Assembly: GCA_035221665.1 (NCBI GenBank)
Contig: CM069142.1
Span: 34,472,001-34,536,000 of the forward strand
Direction of reading: 5' to 3'
From: Okamejei kenojei
Taxonomy: Eukaryota
Length of the DNA stretch: 64,000 nt
Made by a program: the position numbers and the translations under genes
Shown here: positions 1-14,000 of the stretch, piece by piece
How positions within the stretch are numbered: position 1 is the stretch's first letter
Layout of the letters: each line of letters starts with the position of its first letter
The notes under the pieces: model-generated
What the model saw: the letters and a program-made list of their open reading frames with translations, nothing else
The model's database searches: none
What the model was told of the DNA's origin: nothing

Positions 1-10
1 TGTTGTGTGA

Positions 11-318
11 TTAGTTTAGAGATACTGCGTGGAAACATCCCGTTAGGCCGGCCGAGTCTATGCCAACCAGCGATCACCCATTTGTTCTATGCTATCCCAG
101 TTTTGCATCCACTCCCTACACACTAGGGGCAATTTATAGAAGCCAATTAACCTACAAACCTGCACGTCTTTGGGATGTGGGAGGAAACCAGAGCACCTGG
201 AGGAGACCCACACGGTTACAGGGAGTATGTGCAAACTCCACACAGACACCATCCATGGTCAGGATAAAATCCCTGAGGGTGTATGGCAGCAGCTCTACTG
301 CTGCACCACTGTACCGCT
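11..318 (-). mobile_element. HE1-like tRNA-derived V-SINE
   Basis: Reverse complement shows tRNA-like head, V-domain (gggtctcctccaggtgctctggtttcctccc) and CR1-type tail ending ctctaaactaa. Confidence 0.85.
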
Positions 319-499
319 CTAATGCCATTGTGCAGCTGTAACATAACCCCCAACCCTCTATGCACTTCTTGCAACAGACTGAAGGAGCTCGTCGGAGGAA
401 AGCTGAGAATCACGCCCATTGGTGTGCTGCTTTCTTTTCCTAAAGGGCATTTGTGAAAAGGTTAACGAGACTGGTGTACTGAGCTTCAGATTTTGTAAT

Positions 500-1105
500 A
501 ATATTTTTATTATAAGTAATCCATCATAACAACGGTATAACAACTTTTCAAATACACAACCAACTTATTTCAATAAGTATACGAATGTTACAAGTGATTC
601 TTATAAACTTCTATTTTTTTAGAAAGTAGAAAAAGAAAAGAATAGATTTTAATCAATAAAAATAGTGATTAAATAATAATTTTGATATAGAAGAAGAGAG
701 AAGAAAAAAAAATGTATATATTCTTGTTATATGTATTTAATTAAAACAAAGTATTATATATATTAAAAAAAAGAGAGATTATAGTATGCATCTTAATAGT
801 GAATAACACAATTTCAAATAGCAATGTCAATAGAGACATGTATACAAATCAAAAAGACAAACAGAAAGTTATTTTCATCTGATCCTGCCGGGTTCCCATT
901 GAGTTGTGATGCCAAGAACAGCTACCCCTTCAAATATTCTGTATATGGAGACCATATCTGTTCAAATTGACTGATATTTACTTGAATAAATCTACACTTC
1001 AGATTTATTCAAGTGTAGCCTAATTCCTGCGTACCACCTACACACAAACACTTTCCACTCGGAATCCCAAGAGCAACATTTCTATCCAATTTAGGATTAT
1101 CATAG
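500..1105 (-). mobile_element. Degraded L1-clade 3' fragment
   Basis: Minus strand reads ..FEQIWSPYTEYLKG*, like the C-terminus of the other L1 copies, followed by an AT-rich UTR. Confidence 0.6.
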
Positions 1106-1635
1106 ATCAAAAATGATAGTAGGATTAGGCTATTCGGCCCATCAAGTCTACTCCGTCATCAATCATGGCTCACATCACTCCCTCCTAACCCCATTCTCCT
1201 GCCTTCTCCCCATAACCTCTGACAGCAATACCAATCAAGAATCTATTTATCTCTGCCTTAAATGTATCCATTTGCTATTATACAATGGCAAGACACCGTA
1301 TGGCCTATCAGTGTCTTGAGCCAAGAGAAATAGGACAGGAATAATTGGCTTGAAGTATGATGAGGGTTTGACGGCACTGGGCCAGCATTCGCTGTTTAGA
1401 AGGATGAAAGGGGATGTCATTGAAACTTTCCAAATAGTGAAAGGCCGAGAAAGAGCAGATGCAGAGGGAAAGATAGATCAGACATGATTGAATGGCGGCG
1501 TAGATTTGATGGTCAAATGGCCTAATTCTGCTGCTATGACTAATGAACTTATCAGGGAACTACTGAGATCCTGTTTGTGCCTTGATATACGCGGTGTGAT
1601 GCCTTCAAGTGATTCTAAGACATGTCTTTCTCTAG

Positions 1636-2043
1636 TTATTCCAGATACACTGAGTGCAACATTGGTGCCTCAGGTCATCAATAAGGTGGAAGGCGATTCG
1701 CTGGAGCTGGTCTGCGAGGTATCCAAACAAACGCCGTACCACACGCATGTGGCCGTCACATGGTACCTGGAGAAGGGAGGTCAGGCGGTCCAGGTCATCG
1801 CTCTATCGCAAGATTTCATCCTGAGTGCAGGAGAGCTGTACAAGCAAAGGCAGGAGTCGGGAGACGTGAGATTGGACAAGATGGGTGCCACCTCGTTCCG
1901 GCTCACCGTCCACAAGTTACAGAGGTCCGAGCAGGGGCAGTTTCACTGCCAGAGTGTGGAGTGGATGCAAGATCCAGACAAATCCTGGCAGGAGCTGTCT
2001 GAAAGGCGGACGCACAACGTCACTGTCAATGTCAGAAGCCTGG
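1636..2043 (+). CDS. Exon: Ig V domain (equivalent to EWI domain 2)
   Basis: tctag|TTATTCCAGAT...CTGG|gtatgg; [40 protein letters not shown]; 408 nt. Confidence 0.93.
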
Positions 2044-5000
2044 GTATGGAGCAATGGTGGTTCATAAGTGCATAAGTTCTCAGAGGAGAATTAGGCCATA
2101 CTCTGCCATTCAATCATGGCTGATCTATCGCTTCCTCCTAACCCCATTCTCCTGCCTTCTCCCCATAATCCCTGGCAACCGTAGTAATCGGGAATCTGTC
2201 AGTCCCCAACTTAAAAATACCCAATGACGGCCTCCACTGCCATCTGTAGCAAAGAATTCTACAGATTCACCACCATCTGGCTAAAGAAATTCCAGCTCAT
2301 CTCCTTTCTGAAGGTACATCCTTTATTCTGAGGCTGTGCCCTGTGATTCGAGACTCTCCCACTAGTGGAAACATCCACTGTATCCAGACCTTTCACTATT
2401 CAGTAAGTCTCAATGAGTCCCCGCCCCCATCCTTCTAAACTCCAGTGAGTACAGGTCCGGTGCCGACAAATGCGCATCATATGTTAACCCAATTATCTTG
2501 GGAGGGGGGCTGCTGCTCCAGGCCCGCGGGGAGGGACAGCCCGCGGGGAGCCACCCGGGGTTGCAGGAGCGCCAACCAGGGCTGGCCTGCGGGGAAGGAC
2601 AGGAGCAGGACCCAGGCCAAGGATAGAGGTGAGGAGGGAGAGTGGGGGGTGGGATAGGAGGGGAGATGAGGAATGGGAGAGGAAGGGGATAGAGGGAGAG
2701 GAGGGGGGAGTGGGGGTGGGATAGGAGGGGAGATGAGGAATGGGAGAGGAAGGGGATAGGGGGGGAGTGGGGGAGGTAGGGAGTGGGGAATAGGAGAGGA
2801 GGGCAGTGGGGAAGGTGAGGAGGGAGAGTGGGGGAATGGGATAAGAGGGAGGTGAGGAATGGGGGACCAGGGTGGATAGAGGGAGAGCAGGGCGGTAGGG
2901 AGGGTAGAGGGGTTATGGAGAGAGGGAGGGGGAGACTGAGGGTAGGTGAGAGGGATGGGAGGTAAGAGGGAGGGAGAGGTGAGAGGGACAGGGGAAAGTA
3001 GAGGGAGGGTGAAGAGGAGGTGAGGGAGAATGGAGGACAATAGGGGTAGGAGGAGGGATGCCCATCAGCCGACAATGCGCAGTTGGGGGCTATGGGTCAG
3101 TGGTGGAATTTTGCATTGGGGTACCAGGCCTCCCTTGTGACACGAATCCAATGGGTCCCACTTGGTCTAGTATATATATATATATTACTGAAACTCTCTT
3201 CTTGGTTGTATCTATGTCTGTGATTTTGTGCGTCTGTCTGTGTGTGTGCGTGCATGTATGTGATGAGTGTGATCCTGAAATTACGCCAAAACGGTACACC
3301 AATAATACTACAATAATGTTTGGACCACCTTACTCACCATTGTCCTGTGGTGTGGCGTGGTGTGTCAAAGTTTCATTCAGATTGATGTTATATTTTACAA
3401 GTTATTCACATTTTAAACTTAAAAAATTTAACTTTTCACTTAACGTTTCACTGTAAAAAATCAAATTCCATGCTGGCCCTGCCCATTACAATGTAACAAA
3501 TTACAGGACACTGAGTCATTGTAACGGGCAGGGGCAGGGGAAGTGGAATTGTTTTTTTTTTAGGTTTATAAAGAGGGAGGGTTAAGAGGAGAGGGTGGGA
3601 GTGCTGGGGGATGAGGGGAAATGAGACGCGCCTGTGCAGTTGGGGGCTATGGGTGAATGGTGGAATATTGCGTTGGTGGGACGGGTTGCGTTGGGGTAAC
3701 GGGTGAGTGGTGGAATATTGCGTGGGAGGAACGGGTTGCATTGGCGGACCAGGCCTCCCGTGTACCAAGANNNNNNNNNNNNNNNNNNNNNNNNNNNNNN
3801 NNNNNNNNNNNNNNNNNNNNNNNNNNNNNNNNNNNNNNNNNNNNNNNNNNNNNNNNNNNNNNNNNNNNNNNNNNNNNNNNNNNNNNNNNNNNNNNNNNNN
3901 NNNNNNNNNNNNNNNNNNNNNNNNNNNNNNNNNNNNNNNNNNNNNNNNNNAAAGGATCCAAGTCCACAAATGAAAGTAGCAACAAAAATAGATGGAGTGG
4001 TAAAGAAGGCATATTGAGTATAAGAGTTGGGAAATCATGATGCTGCCTTATAAGATCAAAAGCCCTTTAACTAGCTTCGCAGTCCGCATCTATGTATCCC
4101 CTTTGTGTTCACACCTGTTTTTATCCCTCGCCTTTGTCTGACAATCTTGCTATCAGGGAACCCCATCGCCTATGATAACCTATTGCTGGCCATGATTTGT
4201 TCTGCCCCCTCTTCTCCCTTCCAGTTTTGTCTCCCACCCCCTCCCCCATGCCCCCCAACAAACAGTCTGAAGAATCCTGACCTGAAGCATCACCTATCCA
4301 AGTTCTCCAGAGATGCTGCCGGATGTGCTGAGTTAATCTAGCATTTTGTGTCTATCTTTGGTATAAACCAGTATTTGTAGTACCTTGGGTACACAAAAGG
4401 CTGGAGAAACTCAGCGGGTGCAGCAGCATCTAAGGAGCGAAGGAGATAGGCGACGTTTCGGGCCGAGACCCTTGTCGTTACATTATAAGGCTTTGGTTCG
4501 GCTGTATTTGGAGTATTGTGTGCAATTCTGGTTGCCTCATTTCAGGAAGGATGTGGAGACTCTGAAGAGGGTGCAGATGAGGTTTACAAGAACGATGCCT
4601 GCATCAGGGGGTTTAGTTACAGAGAGGTTGTACAGACTTGGATTGTGAAGACTGATTGCAGCAACCAGAAGCAATTGTAATTTAACTTCATTTAGAGATG
4701 CAGCACGGAAACAGGTCCCTCCGAACCCACGCCTACCATCAATCACCCGTTCATGCCAGTTCTATCTTATCCCACTTACTCATCCACTCCCTAAACACTT
4801 GGGGCAATTTACAGAGGGCTAATTAACCTACAAACCTTGGAAGGTAGTAGAAAACCGGAGCACCTGGAGAAAACCCACGCGGTCACAGGGAGAACGTGCA
4901 AACTCTACACACAGACAGCACCCGAGGTCGGGATCGAACTTGGGTCTCTGACACTGTAGAGGCATTCCAACCATTCAGTTACTTTAATCATTATGTGTTA

Positions 5001-8000
5001 TTTTTCCCTTGCCGACAGTTGACTTTCTCCTTTGGATGGTAACCAGTGAACTGCTGGTAATCTGAATAATTATAGTAGTGACAGGAGATGATAAGGGATA
5101 ATATACCATTGGACAGGTTAATTATGGTGGAGGCGAGTTTAAATGTAGCTTTTCTGTTGAACTTGGAGACAATGACCTTTAATAAAACACAGTGTTATAT
5201 TAATGGAGTGTGAATCACTGCTATTAAGCCTCAGCAAACGTCAACAGCAAACATCTCCCGGTTGCCAAACATTTTAACTCCACTTCTCATTTCCATACTG
5301 AGCTTTCTGTCCTGGGCTTCCTCTGCTGTCAGAGTGTGGCAAAACTCAAATTGGAGGAACGGCAGCTCATATTTTGCTTGGGCAGCTTACAACCCAGTGG
5401 TATGAATTATGATTTCTCTACTTGTAAGTAACCCTTGCATTCCCTCTCTTCCCCGTCCCCTCCCCACCCTAGTTCTCCCACCAGTTTCATTGTTTGTATT
5501 CCTTCATTATCCACCTCTTTCACCGCCAACAATGGACCAATGTGGGCTCCACCTTTCCTTGATCATCTTGCTGTCCTTGATTTGTTCTTTTCATACCTTT
5601 CTGTCTTTTGTTCTTTAACTCCTCATTCCTCTAGTTTCCCTCTCCCCTGACTTTCACCTTAAATCTATGTCCTCTAGTTCATGATTCCCCAACCTTGGGT
5701 GAAAGACTCTGTGCATCTGTCCTATCTATTCCCCTCATGATTTCAACATACACAGAGGGCGCATACTGAAATTTTAAAATACTATAATATTTCATAAAAG
5801 CAGAATTAGGCCATTCATCCCATCAAGTCTACTCCGCCATTCAGTCATGGCTGATCTACCTTTCCCTCTCAACCCCATTCTTCTGCCTTCTCCCCATAAC
5901 CCCTGATTCCCTTACCAATCAAGAATCTGCCAATCTCTGCTTTAAAAATGTCCATTGATGGCCTCCACAGCCGCCTGTGGCAATGAATTCCACAGATTCA
6001 CCACCCACTGACTAAAATAAAATAATCAGATAAAGTGTAATGGGCTATTAATGTTCAGAGTTTTGTTTGAGTTGAGTTTAATAGCCTGATGGCTGTGGGG
6101 AAGTAGCTATTCCTGAACCTGGATGTTGCAGATTTCAGGCTCCTGTACCTTCTACCTGAAGGCAGCGGGGAGATGAGTGAATGTCCAGGATGGTGTGGAT
6201 CCTTGATGATGCTGTCAGCCTCTTTGAGGCAACAACTGTGGTAGATCTCCTCGATGGTTGGGAGGTTAGAGCCGATGATAGACTGGGCAGTGTTTACAAC
6301 TTTTTGCAGTCTTTTCTGCTCCTGGGTGCACAAGTTGCCGAACCAAGCCAATGATGCAACCGGTCAGCACTTCTCTACTGTGCACCTGTAGAAGTTCGAG
6401 AGTCCTCCTTGATTTACCGACTCTACGTAATCTTCTCAGGAAGTAGAGGCGCTGATGTGCTTTCTTTATAATTGCATCAGTGTTCTCGGACCAGGAGAGG
6501 TCTTCAGAGATATGCATGCCCAGGAATTTGAAGCTTTGACCCTTTCCACCATTATCCCGTTGATATAAACGGGACTATGGGTCCCCATCCTACTCCTTCC
6601 AAAGTCCACAATCAGTTCCTTGGTTTTGCTGGTGTTGAGGGCCAGGTTATTGTGCTGGTACCATTTGGTCAAGCGGTCGATATCACTTCTATACTCTGAC
6701 TCATCCCCATCAGTGATACATCCCACAACAGTGGTGTCGTCAGCGAACTTGATGATGGAGTTCGCACTATCACCAGCTACGCAGTCATGAGTATGGAGTG
6801 AGTACAGCAGGAGGTTGAGCATGCAGCCTTGAGGTGCTCCCGTGTTGATTGTTATCGAGGCTGACACATTTCCACCAATACAGACAGACTGTGGTCTGTG
6901 AATGAGGAAGTTGAGGATCCAATTGCAGAGGGATGTGCAGAGACCCAGTTCTGAGAGTTTGGTAACCAGCTTGGAGGGGATGATTGTGTTAAATGCCGAG
7001 CCGTAGTCGATGAATAACAGGCTGACATATGAGTTTTTGTTGTCCAAGTGGTCCAGAGCGGTGTGGAGGGCCAGCAAGATCGCATCCACCGTTGATCTCT
7101 TGTGGCGGTAAGCGAACTGCAGTGGGTCCAGGTTTTTGTCGAGGTTTTTGTCAACTCTCAAAGCATTTCATCACCACAGGCGTTAGTGCCACTGGTCGAT
7201 AGTCATTGAGGGTGTCACCTTGCTCTTCTTGGGCACCGATATAATTGATGCCCTTTTAAAGAACATTGTGATTAAATAAAAATTTAAACTAAACTAAAAT
7301 TAAACTTAACTACATCTTCTAGCTAAACACAATACACTAACTGGCGCTTGCTTTATTTGCAGGTAAGGAGTTTCGTTCTCTCATTAAAGCCAAGGAAGTG
7401 AATATTAATGTAGGAGGCTCACTGGAGATTACCTGCATGGTGGAAGCTCAGAATCCTGCAGAGCGATTCTTCACGGTGGTCTGGTTCCTGAACAATGATG
7501 AGATAGTCCGTATGGAACCCAGTGCGGTCCTGTCCTTCCACGGGGAATACGGAGCGAGGGAGAATTTGGGAAAGTTGGCTGTCAGGAAGAAAGACGACAA
7601 GGAATACGTTCTGAAACTGTACCAGATTACAATGGAGGACGGTGGGAGATATCACTGCCAGGTGGAGGAGAGTGAGAAAGTTACAATGGGAGCGTTCTCA
7701 TCCAACAGGTCCGAGGAGATTGCAATCACTGTGCAAAGGCCACGTAAGGAACACGGACTTAAACAGCTTTCTTATTTTATTGTGACTAAGATAAAGTAAC
7801 AGGAAAATAATGCAATTTGGTCGTGTTTTTGATACAGCAATAGATATCGTTTTGCTGTTTACAATGCAGTAATAGAGAAAACAATGCATTTTGTAGTGTT
7901 TATGATATTGTAATAGATACGATACCTTTGTAGTTTATGTTACAGTAATAGATAAAGTACATTTTGTAGCATTTACAAAACAGTAAAAGATTAAATCGTA

Positions 8001-11000
8001 TATTTTTAGTGTTTACGATTAATCAATGAAGTTAATGCATTATTAGTGATAATATAGCAATAGAAAAAATTGTGCACTGTTAATGTGTATGATACATTGA
8101 TAGATAAAATAGTGCATTTTGATTGTAAGAAGATCTCGGCTCAGCCACAATATTGAAAAGGGTGGATGAAGCATTAATCTTGGGCAATAAAAACCAGATC
8201 AGTCTTGTGCACTCCACAATATTGCAATCGCAGTTGGTGCATGGATGAAGTGGAGGTGGGACTGGACTGAAAAAGCCTTGGCATTGGATTCAATTCATTC
8301 CTAGCCCAGTTAGGAGTAACTTTATGTATTTTTTGGCCTGGAATCCAGAATCTGTAGTTCCTTGTATCAAGAGTAAAATAGTTGGCTTTTTAGTAGGATG
8401 GATGTATGATAATGCATCGTTGGTAAGGCAAGTTTAGTCTGAAGAAATGTCCCAACCCTATCCATGTTCTCCAGAGATGCTGCGTTGAGTTACTCCAGTG
8501 TTTTGTGTAGTTTTGTTTTCACCACAAAACATTATTATTATTTGTCGTTATGTTACCTAACATTATCAATTCAAAAGATAAATACAAATGCTGGAGCAAC
8601 TCAGAGGGTCAGGCAGCATCTCTGCAGTAAAGGAATAGATGATGTTTTGGATCGAGACCCTTCTTCAGATGGAATAGTGAAAGGCCTGGATAGAGCGGAT
8701 GTGGAGAGGATGTTTCCACTATGGGGAGAGTCTAGGACCAGAGGCCATAGCCTCAGAATAAAAATACGTACCTTTAGAAAGGAGATGAGGAGGAATTTCT
8801 TTAGTCGGGGGATGGTGAATGTTTGGAATTCATTGCCACAGAAGGCTGTGGAGGTCAGGTCAATGAATATTTTAAAGGTGGAGATTGATAGGTTCTTGAT
8901 TAGTAAGGGTGCCAAGGGTTATGGGGAGAAGGTAGGAGAATGGGGTTGAGAGGGAAAGATAGATCAGTCGTTATTGAATGGCAGAGTAGACTTATTGGAC
9001 CAAATGACCTAATTCTACTCCACCAACTTGTAAACATGATTTAAATCTTGCTTTTCCTCTACCAAGTATACATTGCATCAAAGACTGCCGACATTAACAC
9101 CAACTCTCTCTTGCTTCACAGAGGCCGACCTTAAGGTGGAGATCAGCATTAATGCAACAAACATTTTGGAAGGGGATGTTCTTCTGTTTGCCTGCAACGT
9201 TCGCTCGGGGGCCTCCGTGCCTGGGCAGCTTTCTGTTATTTGGCAGTTCATGGACAAACACAACGTGAAGAGCGATATAATTGAGATGCAGCAGAATGGT
9301 GTCCAAGTCACGGCTCCGCCCTACCGTGAGCGAGTTGGTCACGGAGAAATCCGGATGGTCAGAGTGGGGTCCGATGCTTTCACCTTGGGCATTTACGATG
9401 CCAGGACTTCAGACGAAGGAATGTACTCCTGCAAAGTGATGGAATGGACAGCGGTGCTCAACCAAAACTGGAAACTAATCGGAGAATATGTCAGCAGTGA
9501 TAAGGCAGTGACGATTAAATCTCTGGGTGAGCATTTCAACATCAAGTATCTATGATACTTTGTTTTGATGCAAGGGATTTACAGCCTAGCGGCACAGTCA
9601 GAGTCATTCAGCATGGAAATAGATCCAACTCACCCACGCTGACCAAGATGTCCCATCTACACTAGTCCGTGTGGCCAATATCCTTCCAAGCCTTTCCTAT
9701 CCATGTACCCGTCCAAGTATCGCTTATATTCAATGATCACTGATACATTATTGTCACGTGTACCTAGCTGCAGTGAAATTTATTTTGCACACGTTTCTGG
9801 CACAAACAAAGTCACCTAAGTTCACCGAACGGTCCTATCTTCTTATAGTACCTGCCTCAACTACCTCCTCTGGCAACTCATTCCATATACCCCCCACCAT
9901 CCGTGTGGAAAAATGTTGCCCCATAGGTTCAGTTTACAGAAGCAGTGGGGAAATAGATCCTTCGGCCAACTGACTCCATGCTGACCACCAATCACCGTTC
10001 CCACCGTTCCCAATCACCGTTCCCACTAGTTCTATGTTATCCCACTTTCTCATCCATACCCTACACACGGGGCAATTTATAGAGGGCCAATTAAACTACA
10101 AACCGGAAGTCTTTGGGATGTGGGAGCACCCGGAGGTAACGCGTTTAGATGAATTTCTCTCTTTTTAAACATTTGTTGACAGAAAGCATCTTTAAAGTCA
10201 TTGCCATAACCCGCACGCCAACTGCAAGATACTACGGTACATTTGAACTGCAGTGCTTCATACAGCCACCAATCATCAGTCACCTCCCAATTGACGTGTC
10301 GTGGAAATTTCAGCCGGCTAATTCGACCGAGAGCTTCCACCTTGTGACTTTCAGCCACGACACTGCGATCGAGTGGGGAGACAAGGCGGTGAGCTTCAAA
10401 GGGAAAATGACAGTGGCTAAAACAGCGTCCAACACGGTCCGCTTGCACGTGTCCAGTGTCAGCAGCCTGGAAGCTGGCAAGTTTCTGTGTGACGCAGTAT
10501 TGTGGAAAAGACAACGGCCGGATCAATGGGTCAGGGTAGTCAGCATGACGTCAAACATCCTGCAGGTGGTAGTTCAAGCCCCAGGTAAGGCAATCATCCC
10601 TCCTCGTCTTTGTATGTTCCCAGCTTGGCTTCCTCTTTTTACTACAAGGAAGAAAAATAGGACTTTTAAAATGTTAGTTAGTTAGTTTAGTTTGTGGTCA
10701 CGTGTACCGAGGTACAGTGAAAAGCTTTTGAGCGTTATCCATTCAGCGGGAAGACAACACGCGATTGCAATCAAGCCTTCCGCAGTGTACAGATACGGGA
10801 TCAAAGGTATAATGTTTAGTGCAAGATAATGCTTAGTCCAGTTAATAGACACAAAATGCTGGAGTAACCCAACGGTTTAGGCAGCATCTCCTGAGAAAAG
10901 GAATAGGTGACGCTTTGGATCGGAACCCATCCTCAGAATGAGGGTGTCTTTGGAAGGGTTCCAACTCGAAATGTCACCTATTCCTTTTCTCCACAGAAGC

Positions 11001-14000
11001 TGCCCGACCTGCTGAGTTACTCCAGCATTTTGTGTCTATTGAAGTCCAGTAAAGTTTGATTAGAGATCGTCCGAGGGTCTCCAGTGAGGTAGGTGGGAGG
11101 TCAGGACCGCTCTCCAGTTGGAGGGTGTTTCAGTTGCCTGATAATTCAGTTGAATATTAAATCAAAACACACAGTGCTGGAGTAACTCAGTGGGTCAGGC
11201 AGCATCTGTGGAGGGAATGGTTTGGCTACATTTTAGGTCAGGAACCTTCTTCACAGTTGCTAATATTCAAAATATGAACAATCTGACTGAAGAAAATTTG
11301 AAGTAAAACCTAACTGATTGTTGTAAATGAATTAAAATATTAATTAAGGTGAAGTTAAAAATCACTTGGTTCAAGGATGTGGAAGGAAACTGGAGCACCT
11401 GGAGGAAACCCACGCAGAACGTGCAAACTCCATACAGACAGCACCCTAGGTCAGGGTCGAACGCAGGTCTCTGGCATTGTGAGGCAGCAGCTCTACCAGC
11501 TGCGCCACTGTGCTTAAATGGTACAAAGAAATATAATAATGTTTTTTTTTAATGTTTTCTCTTCTACTTCTGCAGTAAGCCAGTTGCAGCTTGCACAAGG
11601 GGACACAACTATATGGAAAAGGGTTAGCGACGTCATTGAACTCGATTGTAAAATCTTTGCTCAAACCCGGAATGATTCCCAGTTCTCTGTCTCATGGCTC
11701 TTCAAAAAGCCACAAGCGCAGAAGGAGATAACTCTTCTGAGCATCGATCGCAACAACGTCATTCGATACGACAAGGAATTGCGAGCCAGCGATCGGGAGG
11801 GGCCGAAGATGTGGGTTGAGAAGACTTTGCGTGATCTTTACAAACTAATTATAGGGCAAGCTGATGTGACCGATCAAGGGAATTACTGTTGTGCGGTCAC
11901 AGAATGGCTTTTAGACCCCAACAATGTTTGGTATAAAGTGGGCAAGGCCGTATCGGCAGCGACCACTGTCCAAGTGCATACACCAGGTAAACAAATCTCT
12001 CAAACGCCTCTTGACTGGAACCAATGCCACTGATTTAGGTGACGGTTTAGGTGATTGTTTACATCTCCATGAGTTCTCCAAAAGTCTCAAAGTGCTGGAG
12101 TAACTCTGTGGGTCGGGCAGCATCTCTGGACAACACGATTTTGGTGATGATTCACCTATTCCTTTTCTCCATAGATGCTGACCTGCTGAGTCTCTGTTCA
12201 GTGTAAACCAGCATTTGCACTTTCATCCTACGCCACTGAGTTAGATTGAAGTCTTGGTTTAGGTTTATTGTTATTGTTTGTGCACCGAGGTACAGTGAAT
12301 AACTTTGCCAAGCACGGCAACCAAGCAGATCAGATATACCACACGTAGATAGAGGCAGCACAGTGGCACAGCAGTGGAGTTGCTGCCTCACAGCGCCAGA
12401 GTCCCGGGTTTGATCCTGACTACGGGTGCTGTCTGTATGGAGTTTATACATTCTCCCTGTGACCGTGTGGGTTTTCTCCGGGTGCTCCAGCTTCCTCCCA
12501 CGCTCCAAAGCGTCCAAGTTTGTAGGTTAATTGGCTTCGGTAAATTATAAAATTGACCCTAGTGTGTAGGATAGTGCCAATGTACAGGGTGATCACTGGT
12601 GGGTGGGCAGAAGGGCCTGCGACCAGGCTGTATCTCTAAAGTCTAAATATACAGTCATTTCAAAAAGACACAAAGTGCTGGAGTAATTCAGCGGTTCAGG
12701 CAACATCTCTGGAGAAAATGGATCGGCGATGTTTCGGGTCGAGACTGAAGAAGGGTCCCGACCCGAGACATCCCCTATCCATTTTTATGGAAATGCTACC
12801 TGACTCGCTGAGTTACATATATTCATAACTTCCTAAGTCATAGGAGCAGAGTTAGGCCCTTTGGCCCATCGAGTCTGCTCTTCCATTCAATTTTAGCTGA
12901 TCTATCATTCCCTCTCGTACCGATTCTCCTGCCTTCTCCCCAGCCCTCCCCACTTACTCCAACATTTTGTGTCTATCTTTGGCCTGTCAGCATCTGCAGT
13001 TCCTTTTTATTGCATTTGGACTAAATGAAGTGCCACTGTTGTCCCTGTCTTCCGTCGGTTCTGCAGATGCCAATCTACAAGTCGCTGACACGGAGAGGTA
13101 TGAGTCACTCAAGGAGGATGCTGCCTTTGAACTCGAGTGTGTTATCAACAACCAAACGCAGGCAAGCTCTCAGTTCTCCGTGACATGGTTCTTCGAAAGC
13201 GAGGGGCAGTCCAGGGCATCTCGGAGAGAGCTGCTCCATACAGATCGCAACAACATCCAGCGTGACCTTGGGAACCTCACGGCAGATTCCCACAAGTCGA
13301 CACTGCAAAGTGTGAAGGTTTCCAGCAATAACTACAAGCTGATCATGACCAGCGTGGCGCCAGCTGATAGTGGCGTCTACTATTGCAGTGTGGAGGAATG
13401 GGTCACAAACGGCCAGAATCAATGGGCTCTTCAAGGAAGCGATGAATCCGGAAGAACAACCCTTAATGTACAACCTTCAGGTAATGCCAGCAGCCATTTT
13501 ACCCAGGGTGGCATGGTGGCCAAGTGGTAGAGTTGCTGCCTCACAGCGCCAGAGACCCGGGTTCGGATCCTGACTACAGGTGCTGTCTGTACCGAGTTTT
13601 ACGTTCTCCCTGTAACCGTGTGGGTTTTCTGCGGGTCCTCCGGTTTCCTCTCGCGTCCCCAAAAAGCACAGGTTTGTAGCTTAATTGACTTGGGTAAAAA
13701 TTGGACATTGTCCCCAGTGTGTGTCGGATAGTATTAGTGTACAGGACATGGACTCGATGTGCTGAAGGGCCTGTTTCCACCTTGTATCTCTGAAGTAATT
13801 CGACCTATTTTATTATTCTCCTTCTTTGACAACATGACCTGCTTCGAGCCATAAAAACAGGCAATTCTGCCCAACTTGCCCTTGCTGATCAAGATGCCCC
13901 ATCTACACTGTTCCCACCTGTTTGCTTTTGGCCCATATAACATCTTTAATAACATGATAATGTCTTTAATAAGCTTTAGAGTAATAGCTAAATATATAAT

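Noticed and set aside
981-1013. Perfect 13-bp inverted repeat (cttgaataaatct / agatttattcaag)
   Set aside because: Lies inside a decayed L1 fragment; most simply a local template-switch event.
2410-3075. 221-aa and 187-aa Pro/Leu/Ser-rich ORFs
   Set aside because: They are translations of the complement of the polypurine tract; no domain or splice support.
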